Below are positions 40,051 to 54,299 of a DNA stretch of 64,000 nt, piece after piece. Position 1 is the first letter of the stretch. Every line of letters starts with the position of its first letter. Origin of the DNA: Lama glama (Eukaryota). The position numbers and the translations under genes were made by a program. Under the pieces are notes generated by a model. That model saw only the letters and a program-made list of their open reading frames with translations, did not search any database and was not told the origin of the DNA. The stretch is from the NCBI GenBank assembly GCA_028534125.1, contig CM052816.1, forward strand, positions 9,426,001-9,490,000, in the 5' to 3' direction.

Positions 40051-41459
40051 AGGCCTAGAACACATGTTCCAGGGTCAACAAATGAATAAGCCATGACTCT
40101 CCATTCTTACCCCACCCCTCACCCCAACTGGAAACACTACCAATCTATCGCCTTTTCTTCCCATGTCCTGGTTCTATGATTTCATGTACAGTTTTTGAGG
40201 CAGCTGCTACCAGCTGATCAGTTACTGGGCAAGTGACTTAAAACCATCTTGCCAGTGCAGATAGTTCAGCTTCTGGCTTTTCCTCCATATTTTTCTCGCT
40301 GGGTTCTGCTGCACAAGTCCTGTCCTTGCCTTACCTAGTCCTGAGGAAATGTCTTAAGTCTTTCTCTCTGTTTTCCCCCAAGTTACCAACAAGTTTAGTT
40401 CCCTACACTCAATTTGTCTGTTGTCTGTTCTTGTACCTGGCTATTTATAATGGATATTTTTAGCATGAAATACCTCAGAGCTTAAAAATGTTTTAATATT
40501 ACCAACTACCTCATTTCTGAATAAACAGGCTACATTTTCCAAGCTCCTTCTTCAGAACTGGTATGTTTCATGTTTTTCTGTTTTCTTTTGTGACTCTGTC
40601 AAGTTACAGCTCATTTCCTGCTTTGGCCTTTTTTTGATCTTCCACCTACAGTTTCCACAATCTTGGCTGGACCCAGGCAACCTACACAAAGTAGAGCAGA
40701 CTCCCTCCTCTGTGAACTTTTACTTGTATTTCTAATCTTGCATTGCGTCCATGGCCAGGCTGTGTGGGCTCCCGCTGGCTTCATTAGTGCTTTTCTTGGG
40801 CTTCACTGCAGATCCCTATTGATAGCCCCATGTTGTCTGTATGTAAAATTTCACCTGAGGCAGGAATCCGAACAAAAACAATTTTGCTTTGAATTGAGGT
40901 CAGTGCCTTAGGTTTCCATTGCATCATTAACTTAAATGATTATCTAGTTTTCAAAAAGAATTTGCTTTCTTGGTCAAGAGATATTTAACTTAGTGAAAAA
41001 TCTTTATTTTCTTTGAGCTGGCAGTGTGTGTAAGTGTATTTGTTTTGCAGGCATCATTAATTGTATTTCATTAGAATAATATATATTAAAATCTTAGTGC
41101 TTGATAGAGCAGGACAGTGAGACCCAGTGAAGGACCCAGTTGCCCCAAGTCCACCTATGATGAGTTATAGGCAAAGCTGGATCAACTACATTTAAGTATA
41201 ACCTTCACAGAGTATATTCCAGATGCTCACTCCTAAATCAAACAAATATGAAAGCACCAATATTTGCTACCATCTTTGGTGTATTTCTGTGGTCACCAAA
41301 GCTTAGATGATAGTGACTGTTAACTTAAATTAACCGTAGTCCTTAGCCTTGAACTTTCAGTGTTCACATTTATTTTTGAATGAAGATTTTAATGATTAAC
41401 CAGATTTGGGGTTGATATGAGGAAACACTGATAGCTTGAACAACTTGGTAGGAGGCTGC

Positions 41460-41870
41460 ATCTGTCGAGGTTCCTCAGGAAAGAGAAGGTTCATATGAAT
41501 GGCGTAAAGGAGTACACAGGATTAAAAGAACAAGGTATGGTGGAACTCACACAGCAGTGAGCTATTTCCACCCCTGTGTCTCAGGAGCAAAGGGAGACAA
41601 TTATTACCAGGACCCAAAGAGGATCTGTAGCTGGTTATAGAAATTCACCCAAGAGAAACTGTGGTCTTCAGTACAGGGACACAGCTACTGCCAGCTGGTG
41701 CCCAGCAAGGAGGGAGATGGAGATATTCTCTGACCTCTCCTATTGATGCCTCCTGTTGATTAAACCCAATCAGCAGCCAGAGGGAAAGGGAGCTGATTGC
41801 TATGATCCCTACACACAGTCCAGGTGGAGAATGGTGATGAGTGGATCTGAAGGAGCCAATGGAGCACGCT
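41460..41870. mobile_element. ERVL-type solo LTR (LTR33/LTR41-like)
   Basis: 'aaacccaatcagcagccagagggaaagggagc...gagtggatctgaaggagccaatgga'. Confidence 0.55.
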
Positions 41871-41876
41871 GGCTAA

Positions 41877-42435
41877 TGGTAGTGAATAGCTGCTGTTCCT
41901 GACTGCCAAGTATCTGTTCCCCCTTTCCCTGGCAACAGCACTCTGATTTTGCTTTAGGGAACGACCCCTTCCCTGATGCAGGTTCTTGTGTTTTGGGTGA
42001 AATAGACTTTGTTCTCAGGCTCCAGCGTGGGCATGTTCTCTAGGCCTGGCCCCACTCAGCATACTTGGCCCCTGGCCACAATGGTTGGTTCTGGTGAGTA
42101 TAATCAGAGTGACTCTCAGGACTAAATCAGAAGAATGATCTTTCCCCTGGGGTTACTGAGAAGGTAGAAGACTAGAGGTGTTGCCCAGCCATCTGGTCAC
42201 CTTTAGGGGACAGCCTTCCCAAGAATGAAACCATTGCAGAAGAGAGAATTGCTGGAAAGTAGAGGGAGTTAAAGCCATGTCCCATTGACCTTATTTGAGT
42301 CTGTGGATCCCACTATGCATTCAGCTAGCCCCTGCTGATGAAACTTTCAACCATACAGCTATACATTTGCTTTTGCTTAAGCCACTTTGAGTTCTGATTT
42401 CTGACACTTAAAACTGAGAGAGTCCTAAATAATTC
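41877..42435 (+). mobile_element. MaLR LTR (MLT1J/K-like)
   Basis: 'ccctggccacaatggttggttc', 'cagccatctggtcacc', 3' end 'tttgcttaagccactttgagt...ttctgacactt...actgagagagtccta'. Confidence 0.7.
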
Positions 42436-42586
42436 ATTACTGTGATAAGCCAGGGAAGAGACTTGAGCTAGGTTTATACTAGTAGAAATGGAAAGGAAAT
42501 AATGTTGTAAGACTGGGGAATTAATAAAGCTAGCTATGGTTAGGTGCAGGAGATGAATAGGAAGATGCAATTCGATTAGTAACAGT

Positions 42587-42749
42587 GGGGGGTGGGTAGC
42601 TCAAATGGTAGAATGCATACTTAGCATGCATGAAGTCCTGGGTTCAATCCCCAGTACCTCTATTAAAATAAATACATAAATGGAAAACCTAATTACCCCT
42701 CCAAAAATAAAAATAAATAAATTTTTTAAATAATTAGTCATTAAAAAAA
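42587..42749 (+). mobile_element. Camelid tRNA-derived SINE (vic-1-like)
   Basis: A box 'tagctcaaatggtaga', B box 'ggttcaatccc', 'cttagcatgcatgaagtcct', A-rich tail. TSD GATTAGTAACAGT (42574-42586) / GATTAGTGAAAGT (42750-42762). Confidence 0.88.
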
Positions 42750-43612
42750 GATTAGTGAAAGTATCTGTAACTGATTATTTATTTTGTTCTTTATCCCAAA
42801 TTTCATGAAAGTGATTAAATAATTATGACATAGTATAGAAGCCATTAAATACTGTGTTGGCCGTTATTGAGTTCATAAGACATGTTATGACTTCGTGTAT
42901 ACAGGTGATGCAGTTTTGTAAGAAAAAAAAGTCTTGTCTTTTTATGCACAGAAAGTCATCTAGAGTGATATGCACTAAGATATTTACGTTGTCTCTTGTG
43001 AACAGGATAATAGACGTTGATACTCATTTGTGTGTCTGTGTTTTTCTGCTTTTTTGTTAATGATTATGAATTGCTTTGTAATAAGAACAAAATAAAACAG
43101 ACTTAATTATAATCAACAATGTTATATTTTTCACAGCACCTGAAAAGGGAGGTAAATGCTGATCACAGAGGATGGGAGTTGCTTGCAAGGAGGTAGAAAA
43201 TACCATTGTAATTAATCAGCTAGGTGAGATTAACTGATGGGGAGAGGGGGAAGACAAGGAGAGATCAGGCTGGAGGCTGTTGAAATAGCCCATGCTATCG
43301 GCAGTGCAGCCCTGAACTTGGCAAATAGAAATAGGGGCCATTTTTACCTACTTTCCTTTCTTGAGCTGATGATCATTATAACATACTGTGCCAACTTTCC
43401 ATCGGGGAGAATTTTCAACACATCCTGGAAAAATAAACCACCAGAAAGGTTTAACATAAGTGTACCTTCTCCCTTCTCAGGCAAATCCAGGAGCATGTGT
43501 GTCAAGAAGTACTAACCCCTGCAGTTATCAAGACAGTTCACTCACTGGCTCTTTGTATTTCTCCTTCGTGCAGATGCTCAGAATCCATTCATTGAGCTCA
43601 GATATGGCCCTT

Positions 43613-43625
43613 GTTGCCTAGCAAC
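43613..43625. promoter_or_regulatory. Candidate RFX X-box
   Basis: GTTGCCTAGCAAC fits GTNRCC(N0-3)RGYAAC exactly. Confidence 0.55.
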
Positions 43626-44979
43626 ATGAGTGAAATTGCTGTGTGTGCTTCTTAATCACTATAAAGTCTTGTCCTTTATTTTATATCAAAAAATAGAAAG
43701 GAGAGAGGGAAAGAAAGACTATGGAAAACTAAGTGAAAAAGGAAATACCCAGACTATATCTTCTAGTTGCAAATTAAATCAGAGCATGTGGGTAAGTTTA
43801 GGCAAGGGGACATTTTTCACAAAATATTTTTGGTTTCACCTGAGGGACTGATTGACAAATGAAAGCCTTGAGTCAGCATTTTATCTGAGCAGTCGACAGG
43901 AGAAAATGTCCCAGAAGTTAATAATTTCTTTAGGCATTTCCATCTGCAAGACCATGAGGGCTGGAAAAAAAAAAGCCCCCCGCTCATTCCTTTTCTGAGA
44001 TAGTTGTGATGGGCAATGCTTTTTCCTTTGTTTGTTTGTTTAAAAGGACAGCATCATATTAGGTTGTTCTGAAATCCCTCTAATTTCCCTTATACTCCTT
44101 CTGGAACTTATAAAATTGGTACAAATTGGCATTTTTAGGTTCTACAGCTTCTAGGATAGTGAATTCCATTAATTTACTTTTCCTTGGAGTCAAATCTCAC
44201 TCACGGGTTTTTAAGGTCAGTGCCTAATGCATATGGTCACATAGTGAAAAAAAAAATCACCTCTAAAAATTCCTTAAACTATATTATTAAAGTACAGTAT
44301 ACAAAAATGGAGACCAATATGCTCTCTTTTGAGAAATTGACATCACCATTTTTATAGTGTTGGGACAGATCACTCTTTCTTCTCTTGTGAACTATATGAA
44401 GTAGTTGTCTTGTATTCTGGGGAGGTATGTTGTTTGAGAATTCAAAACACATTATCTTTGATCACCAGAATTATAAGCAGAGTAGCAGGCTTTGTACTCA
44501 GCGAGGGACAGTGGGAGCTGAGTTGGCTGAATGAACAACATACCCACTAGTCTTCTCATGCTTATCTGGGACATGTAGTTGGTCATTCAGTGGTGCAGTG
44601 AGCAGAATTCCTGCAATATTCAATCAGTTCCTGTTTCCTTCAGAGGAAGTTAATTGAGTGTACAGTGCAGCTTCATTATAAATAGCACTTTATTTTTATG
44701 TCTAATAGCTTACCAATTTTCAGGCAACAAGGGGAATCCCTACTTCTATTTTTCAAGCAGTGAATAAATAATTATTCATTCTTATTCCCTATCGTCAGCA
44801 CAGAATCAAAGTACTGCATACTTGAAAGGGATCTTGAGTGAAATGAACCAGTCCTCTACCTGACATAAAAATCTCTTCTTTTTTAACATTCCTAATGGAA
44901 TATACTGTCTTGATTAGCCACCTAGGAGTTGATGATTGAAGATCAGGCAAGCTCAAGAACTAAGAAAATATTAAGTCCT

Positions 44980-45625
44980 ACTGTTTCTGTCTCCTCAAAC
45001 ACTATCGTCTCTTCCCTGGGTAATTGCAGTGGCCTCCTTGTTGGTCACCCTGAGAGACTGATGGAAAGGTTCTCCTCTCTTGTCTCCTTTTGGTCCATTC
45101 TGCATACTACATCTGGAGAGACGTTTCTAAAGTATGGATCTTGTTATGCCACTTACTTGCTTAAAAGCCCTTGGCAGTTTCCTGTTGTTCTCAGATTAAA
45201 ATCCAAACATGGCTTTTAAGGATTTCTGCAGTTTGGCCCCTGGTCTGTCCCTCTCACATCATACCACTCTCCCTTTTACTGCTTGCATTTCAGTCCTGGT
45301 GTGGTATTTCCATTTCCCCAAATTTTACATTCTCTTAATACTGATGTTCTTCCCCATCTCTTCGCTTGGTTCATTATGTCACATCCTCCAGGTCTCAACT
45401 TCGATTTTTTTACTTTCTCTAAGAAGTTTTTGTGGACCACCCAAGCCTGATTAGATGCTGGTCCAAGATGTCCCTGTGATATTTCATTATAACACTTATG
45501 ATTTTATGTGATAATTGCCCGTTTATTTGTTTCCTCTGCAAGGTCTTAAGATACATGAAAGCAGACACTGTATTGTTTTACCCAGATTCTAAGCACAGTA
45601 TATGCTCAGTAAATATTAGTTGAGT
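44980..45625 (+). mobile_element. L2 LINE 3' fragment
   Basis: 'taattgcagtggcctcct', 'tccattctgcatact', 'ttgcttaaaagcccttggcag', tail 'tgctcagtaaatattagttgagt'. Confidence 0.8.
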
Positions 45626-48600
45626 AATATTTAATATTACTAGTACAAAAGGTAAACCAGCTTTATACTTTGGTCTCCAACCTTAGTTACTTCTTGATAA
45701 GATAGCTCTTCATCCAGGCAAGACTATATATAGACTATATTTTTGGATGGCCTGCAGATCTTGGGGTATGGTCCAGACCACCTAAGTTTCCAGTTGTAGT
45801 TAGACTGTACAGAGTAAATGTCTAGGCTTCTGGACCATTCCTAAACTTAGCTGTCACCCTCCAGTATTCTGACTGGAATCCACTAGAGATGAGGGACTTG
45901 GCAGTATAAAACTTTTGCCAAGTTAACTTTGAAAGTCTAAAGAAATAGCTTCCATGGTTTCTTCATTTCTACATTGACTCACCTAAAAACTAGTCACTGA
46001 GTAAGGTGGGGCTTAATCCATGGGATTTAAATAATGTTTTAGATTCTAAGTATTCAAACAGATTAGGAAGGAAATAAAAGAGAATCTTCTCATGGCAGCT
46101 GCTACACAGGTCTTCTTATTCTTGTTAATGGACCAACTTGGATCATGTGTGCAATGATGAGCCAATCACTGTTGCCAGAGAGATTTGGTTCTCTGGTTGG
46201 CTGGGCCTGGGTCACATGCTTTGTCTCTGCAGGCGAGTGGTACCTCTACCCCCAGGTCACTTGGACTTTGAGTGGAGGTGGAGAGATCTGTCAAAGATGA
46301 TTTAGGGCACTGTTAGGAAAAGAATGGGGAAAGGATGCTGGGGAGAGAGGTACAGAAATAATAAAGACTCATCAAAAATGACTGCTTTATTTCCTTCAAC
46401 TATCTTTAGTCAGTTCATGGGGTGTACAGCATTCATTATTGTTGACTGGTGGAGAATTGGACAGGCCAGGTCAGTACTGGAACTTCAAAACCATCTCATG
46501 TTATCTGGTCCAGTCTGTGCCCACTGCTTTTTCCGGTGTTTGTGTGGTGGTCTGAGAACATGGAAAAGAAGTAAATATCATGTGCCTACGTGCCGTGCTA
46601 AGAACATAGGTATTTTATCTCGGTTTAAAAATGAGGAATTGGATGCCTGAAAGATGAAGCAACGTCTCTGAAGACAAAGAGGAAGGAATAGAATTAGACT
46701 CCAGTCCAGGTCACGCTGATTCCAAAGCCAGTGCTTTCCTCACGATACTTTCTTACTTCCCCTGTGATGAGTGAGGTTTGAGACAGGATGGGCTTTCTTC
46801 TTCAGAAATGGTTTACTGTAGCATTGCTTAAGTGAGAGGGATATAGAAACATTATCAGGCTTTATATCCACAAAGTATCCATATCTTTCAAGCAAATGGT
46901 ACAAACCCCCAATATGGTATTATTTTTTATACAGGGCTTATTTATAGAAGTGACAACTGAGTTATAGACCTCTTTTATATGTATGTAAAAAGATAGATTC
47001 CCACCACCAAATATTTTATATGGAATTAAACCATAGCATCACACACACAAATTTTAATCAGACTTGCAATACCTCAAAAGCTAATTTTTGACCATTACAT
47101 ACAGGCTTAAGTATGTATGTCACTCTCCTTTAGAGTGGTAACTGTGGAGTATGAGGATCAGGAGCTGTCAGGTACTTGTTTTCCCAGTAGCAGAGAAAGA
47201 CTCAAATATATGGAGAAAAGCAGAGACCCAAGAAAACACATAGCAGAGTGTCCTGGCCACATTAGGTTCCCTGGGTCCAGTGAGCCCTGATACCCAGCTG
47301 AGCCAACACCCTTTATTGTGTATATGTGAGGTATTTTAGTGAGTTTCTATATTGCCTGAGCTATAAAATAGAATGGGTATAGTGATATCTTATTTTACAT
47401 AAAGGTTTACAGTTTACAAAATGCTTTCCTTTCATCATCTCATTTAATACACTAGGTAGCCAGCCATCTTCTCCATCTTCCTACCCAGCTAGCCCCGGGG
47501 AAGCAGTAGAAGAAATGGTCTTCAAACAGCCATGCCTGTGACTTCACTGTTTTTACAACAGGTGCAGCTATATGAGGGATAAACTATTCTATATTTGTAA
47601 CCTTCTATATTATGTAAATAGCATTATCATCTTGTTAAGATGTCAGTTTTGATAAAGGTGTTTTTGGAATCCCTCTAAATGAAAACTGGATTATAAAGTC
47701 AAAGGAAAACATCAAGGGAAGTAGCAAACGACTTGCCTAAGAGAAAACAGATTGAGGAAGAGACTGATGAGAAAAGCATATGCCATTCATTATTTTTAAG
47801 TAAAAATTTTATTGAAATATAAAATGCACCTAGAAATGTGCCTAGATAAGGATACACCTTGATAATTTTTCTCCAGATGAGAAGATTTATGTAACCAACA
47901 CCCAGATCAAGAAATATGTTCCCTATACCAGAATGCCCTGTCAGTACCCCTCCCCATCAAAGGTAACTATTATCCCACCATCTGACATCATAGCTTAGTT
48001 TTGAATTTCGTATGAATGGAATCATAGATTCTGTATTCTTTCACTCATCATTATATCTTTGAGACTTACTCATTTTGTTGCTTGTGGACATTGTTAGTCC
48101 ATTCTCAAGACTGAAGTATTCCGTTGTATGAGTGTACTACAGTTTATTTATTCATTTTACTGTTGGGCCTTTGAGTTGTTTACAATTTTAGGCTATTATG
48201 ATTAGTGGTTTAGAGTTTTTTTTTTCCAGTGGATATGTGTACCCTTCTCTACTGTGCATGAGGAGTGAGGTTGCTTGGGTCACAGGATATGGGTATGTTC
48301 AGCCTTAGAAGAAACTATCCATTTTCTACCAAAAGTATGTGAGAGTGCTGATTGCTCCATATCGTTGCCAATGCTGGTGTTCATAATGAAATTTTTGTTT
48401 GAGTCTTTTGCCCATTTTACCATTGAATTGACTGCCTTTTTCTAATTGATTGTTAGGGGCTCTTTCTACATTCTGGATTAAAGTCCATAGTTTTTTTGTT
48501 TTTTTCCTGATATATGTATTATAAATATCTTCTGCCATTCTTTTAAAGGTTTCTTTCAATGAACAGAAGTTTTTAAACATGCAACCAGTTTATCAATAAC

Positions 48601-50837
48601 ATTTTTAATGGTTGGTATTTTTTAACTGTTCAATTCAGGAAGTCTTTGGTTACCTCAAATCAAGATATACCCTGAAGATTTCTCTTAGAAATTTTATTAC
48701 TGTATCATTTATATTTACATTTACAGTCCATTTGAGATTGAGGTTTTATATGGTATGTGATAAAAATTAAGGTGAATGTTTTTCAGTGTAATTATTTAAC
48801 TGACCCAGCATAGTATTCATTAAAAAAACCCATTATTCCCCCATTGTCCTTAGTATCCTAAGTCAGTGATGATTATGTGAAGATCTGTTTCTGGACCCTA
48901 TTCTGTTCTTTTGGTTTCTTAGTCTATTCTTATACCAACACCACACTGTCTTAATTATTGTAGTTCAAGATATTTGATGTATGACCATAGGTCTATAAAC
49001 TGCATCATTTAAAATCTCATTTACTAATTATTTTGTTGCTGCTACATATAAATGAAATTTATTGTTAAATGGACCTTAAATCCAGCAAATTTGCTGAATT
49101 CTTTGATTAATTCTGACAGTTTGTTTTCAGATTACTTTGGATATGCTGCATATATAATCAGATTTCTTTGCAAATAATGACAGTTTTGCATCTTTCATTC
49201 CAGTCTTTGTTCTTTATCTTCTTGCCTTACTGCACTGGCTAGGACCTCTAGCGTACTGTTGAATAGAAATGGTGAAACTGGGTATCCTTGCCTTCTTCTT
49301 GATCTTATGGAAAAGCTTTTACTATTTCCCTATTAAGTATGATGTTTGGTATGCAATATCTTTATAAATCTTCTTTTAGATTAAGAAACTTTCCCTCTAT
49401 CCCTAGTTTGCTAACATTTTTTGCTTTATTTAAAAAATGTTTGAATGCATGTCAGATTTTCTCCAATGCTTTTTCTGAGATGATAAGGAATATTCTTCTT
49501 TATTTTATTAACGGGAAAATTGGATTGATTTATGTTGCATGTTAAACTAACCTCACATTGCTAAAATAACCCTCATTTGTTCTTTTAGATATTGTTGCAT
49601 TCAATTGTTAATGTTTAGAATTTTTGAATCTTTATTGAAGAGATAAGTTGGCCTATAATTGTCCTTCTTGTAATGTTCTTTCAGATTTTGGTACCAAGGG
49701 CATTCTGGCCTTTATTTTCTAAAAGTTTTTGTGTAAGATCAGTGGTGTTCATTTATTAAGTGTTTGGAAGAATTTGCCTGTGAAGTTATCTGGCCCTGGA
49801 GATTTTGTGGAAAGGTTTTTGGCTATAGAGTCAATTTTCTTTAACAGACACGGGGCTATTCAGATTTTTAAAAGTTCTTATTGACTCAATTTGGTAAATT
49901 ATGATTTTCCAGGCATTTGTCTATTTCATCCAGAATTTAAATCTATTAACTTTAAATTGTTAGTATTATCCTTTTAACTTTGTGATGTTTATAGAATCTG
50001 ATATGTTCCATATTTTATTTCTGATCCTAGTAACTTGTGCCTTATCCCTCTCTTTAAAAAAATTAATAATATCTGTCTTGGGTCGGTTGTATTAGTCTTT
50101 TCAAAGAAGGAAGTTTGGGTTTGTTAATATTCTGCATTGTCTAAATTTAATTAATTTCTGCTTTAGTTTTTTCTGTTTTCTTCATTCTGCTTTCTTTGGG
50201 ATTCTACTTTCCTTAACTTGCTCTTGTTTTTCTCACTTCTCACGTGAATATTTAAATCATTTAAGAAGTTTTATTTTCTATTATATTCTCAATAAATGCT
50301 TTTAAAAAATAATATATGCATTTAAGGTTATAATACCACTAAGCACTGCTTTATTTTCATCCAAGAAGTATTAATACATCATATTTTAATTTTTATTCAG
50401 TTTAAAATACTTTCAGTTCCCATTTTGATTCTTTCTATGACCCATGGTTTATTTGATTTTATTTATTTAGGGGTGTACTGCTTGATTTCCAAGTATTTAA
50501 ACGCCTCCTAATTATTTTGTTACTGATTTCTAGCTTATAGTCAGTGAATTACTCTGAATGATTTAATTTTCAAACAAGTTCTTGAGAGGTACTTCTGATC
50601 AGAATATGATCAGGTTTGATAAATTTCCATGTGTACTTGGGAAAAAATATTCTGTTATTGTTGGGTACAGTGTTCTTTGTGTCGATTAGGCCACATCTGT
50701 TAATCCAGATCCTCTATCCTTATTGATTTTTTTGGTCTGTTTTTTTCTGTCAGTTCACGGGAGAAGTATGTTAATGTATCCCACTCTGACTATGGCTATG
50801 TCTCTTTTGCCTTTTGTCCTTTCTTTGGTTATATGTT

Positions 50838-50840
<3 letters not shown>

Positions 50841-50881
<41 letters not shown>
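50841..50881. repeat. (AT)~20 microsatellite
   Basis: Perfect AT dinucleotide run. Confidence 0.97.
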
Positions 50882-50887
<6 letters not shown>

Positions 50888-51121
50888 CAGTTGACCCTTG
50901 AACAATGTGGGGGTTAGGGATGCTGACCTTCCTTGAAGTAGAAAATCTATATATTATTTATCAGTCAGCCCTCAGTACACACGGTTCCCCCATATCCCCA
51001 GTCCCACATCTGCAGATTGAACCAAATTTGGATGGTGTTGTACTGTAGTATTTACTGCTGAAAAAAATTCACATATAAATGAACCCATGCAGTTTAAACC
51101 CTTTTGTTCAAGGGTCAACTG
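50888..51121. mobile_element. TcMar-Tigger MITE (MER8/Tigger2 derivative)
   Basis: Perfect 18-bp TIRs CAGTTGACCCTTGAACAA (50888-50905) and TTGTTCAAGGGTCAACTG (51104-51121); TA on the left, TG (mutated TA) on the right. Confidence 0.92.
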
Positions 51122-54100
51122 TGTTTATATTTATATTTATTTTTATGTTTATGTTTTATTTGTGTCCTTTTATTTAAACTATATTATAGCAGCTTGTATT
51201 TTTAAAATCCAGTCTGTCTTTGCTTTTTTATTGATGTATTAAACTATTTACATTCCAATATATTTGGGTTTGTGTCTAATATTTTGTATTTTCTAATTGT
51301 CTTACCTATTTTATGTTTAATTTCTTTGCTTTCCTGCTTTATTTTGGACTAATAATTTATTTTTTATTACTGCATTATCTTTATTAGCTTGTTAAATGTA
51401 TATCCTTTTAATTATTACTCTAGAGATAAAAGTATGCATTCATGCATTATTAGAGTTTAATATAAATTTGTACTTTTACTGCTTTTCAGAAAATCCTAAG
51501 TTTTATTTCCCTTTTTAAGGATATTTTCACTGGATACAGAATTTCCAGGTTGACACTTTCGTTTTCTTTCAGCACTACAAAAATATCATTTCATTGTCGT
51601 TTTGGTTTCTGTATTTCCCATTGAGAAGTCTGGGATAAATTTTGTTGCTTCTTTGAAGGAATGTGTCTGTTAACTTCTCTGGCTACTTTAAAAATTTTCT
51701 ATTTGTGTTTGAGTTTCAAGCAGTTAAAATTTTTTTTAAATTTTGTTCCTAAATGTGCTTTTACTTTGTAGTTATGTTAATTGGGTTCATGTATCTCTTG
51801 AATCTGGAGTTTGATGTATTTCAGGAGTTTTAGAAATTTCTTCAAATAATTCCTATGCCTCTTTTTTTCCCTTCACTTGTGCTTGAATTTTGATTGCATT
51901 TACGTTAGACCTTTTCGTTGTGTCCTATCTAACATGCTATTTTTTATTCTATTTTTATCTCCAAGAATCAGTCAGAATTTTCCTATTTACTTATCTTCTT
52001 GTTTTTAATGCTCTCTTCATCCACATCCAATCTGCTATTAAACTTACCTAGTACATTCTTAATTTCGATTATTGTATTTTAATGTTCTAGAATTTCCATT
52101 TGAGTATTTTAAATAGTTAAATTTTTTTCTTAGAAATTCTGTCTATCATGCCATCCATTTTCTTGGACGTATTAATTAGAATTATTTTAAAGTCTGTGTT
52201 ATAAGTTCAATGTCTGGATCACCCACCAGTGATTCTACCAATGGTTCATTCTACCATTCAACATGAATTTTGTTACCAGAAGGAAAGTTATAGGCAAGCC
52301 CAAGGACGTTAGCCACAGTGCTAAAGAGTAGGTTTAGCTTAAGCACAAGGAGACTTGGTCAGAATCTATTAAGCAAATGTTTATTTAGTACCTGCTATGT
52401 GCAAGGGCACTTTTTAAAATGCTAATTATGTGGCTTGAATATTTCACTGACCACTAACCTTCAGTGATATCACTTATTCTGATCTCAACTCCTGGCCTTC
52501 TGAACATCAATTTTCTGTTCCATTTCTTCATCCCCCGCCCCAAGCCCCACCCTAATCTATCCTTTCCTTATTTTTTTTTTCTTATTCCTTCTGACTGTCC
52601 TATTCCACCTACACTTTTCCTGATACTATTGTTTCCTCTTAATTTCAGAATCTTCCCTCAGAGTTCACTGGACTCAAGATTAATGGATACTTAAGTAATC
52701 TCAGATGAACCTTTCTCTGCCTCCAACAGCATTTAGTTAAGAGCTTTGAGTAAGAACTGGGCTTTGAATAGTACAGTGAGACCCTTTCTAGGGCTGAAGT
52801 TAGGGAGTGACTGAATTTGACATTTGCTTCAGAAAGATGAGTTAGGATTGCGTGTTAATGAGTTAGAGGTAATTAATTATACCATTTCAGTGAAAAAAAA
52901 AAAAGCAAAAGAGCTTCCTGGGACACATTCAAAGACTAGTGGCAGGCCATTATCATCTTGCCCTAAGGCTTTTACAAGCCTATATCCAGCTTGACATTGG
53001 GGCCTTCAGTTATATTGCTTGGTCTCTATGGGTGCAGAGAGGGAGTGTGGTGTTCCTTCTTGCTATTCTTTGATTCTGCAAACTCCTGCTTTCTCCTTGT
53101 CATAGTTCTTCAAGCCTCTCTTCCTCCTTAGTTGGCTTTCACACAGGTTGTGCTTGTCACTTAAAATAGGTGTCAAAGAGCTACAGTCCATACATTTTTG
53201 GTTATTAGACTTTTCATTAGCACTTGCTTAATTACTATGTCCTCAGCAGCTGCTTTGGGTTGGACTTGAAACACAAATGCCACATGCTGCAACTGATTTC
53301 CAGTCACAGACTTTGATCGGAAGTCTGTGGGCTGCTGATTGGTGTCTGAAGCAACTGATCTGTATTATATTTTTGACTAACTTGGAAAGATAAAAACATG
53401 ATGTTGCAGTGATTATTAGTCATGGCACTAAATAAGTGTATCTCTACTCTAACTCATGCAGCCCACAGTTTTATGGATTTCATCCCTATAAATGGATTGT
53501 ATCATTTTTAGAATTTATATCACTTAAATTGGAATTGTATCCTCTGTGTTTCTGGAGAAGGAGAGAAGGATTACATGTGCCTAAGACTACAGTGTCCTAA
53601 ACTTTAAATTAAACCAGAAGAGATTGACATGGATCTGTCTTGCATGTTAGATTTCAAAGACTTTTTTTTTTTTGACAGTTTCCTGACTAGCAACAGATTT
53701 GAAAAACCATGGACCAGATTATCTCTAAGGCTGCTTTTTGCCCTAATATTCTGTGATTCCATTACTTTTCCCACTGACTTGCCTTTATTATAATACAAGG
53801 TAACTTTTTTATATACACACACAACACAGAATTACAGAATTTTGAACAGAAAAAGACCTTTTTAATCTTGACATTTTACTTTTATAATTTCTAGTCATAT
53901 CATCTGGGCATCTGGTTCCCCTTTAAGAGCTCACTTGCCTTAAGACAACTGTTTATCAGTTTATAGGTAGTCTGTAATTATGTTTACCATTGACAGTATG
54001 TTTATAGCACATAAAATATATTATTAGGAATATATATTATGCTGTTACTGGAGTATGAACAAATGAAAGTAATTCCACTAGTGTTTAAAAAGTAGAGTGT

Positions 54101-54299
54101 TGTTGCTGACCACAACAGTGTAATATGCCTTCAATACTAAGTATAATGAAGATGAACAATTTCATCATCAGGAAAGATATGATAATAATCCATGTTGAGA
54201 AGCTTGCACCTGGACTTTATGGATCAGCTCATTGATTTTTTTGTTGTTGTTTAGTATATTCAAAATATATTTAAATAGGTTTAAAAATTTAGTGGCAGT

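Larger units (their letters stand above)
47800..52220 (-). mobile_element. Large ancient L1M fragment (3'UTR through ORF2 to ORF1 region), interrupted by a Tigger MITE
   Basis: T-rich degenerate L1 sequence, e.g. 'tgcactggctaggacctctagcgtactgttgaatagaaatggtga', 'cctgtgaagttatctggccctgga', and ORF1-like 'ttttcactggatacagaatt'. Confidence 0.85.
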
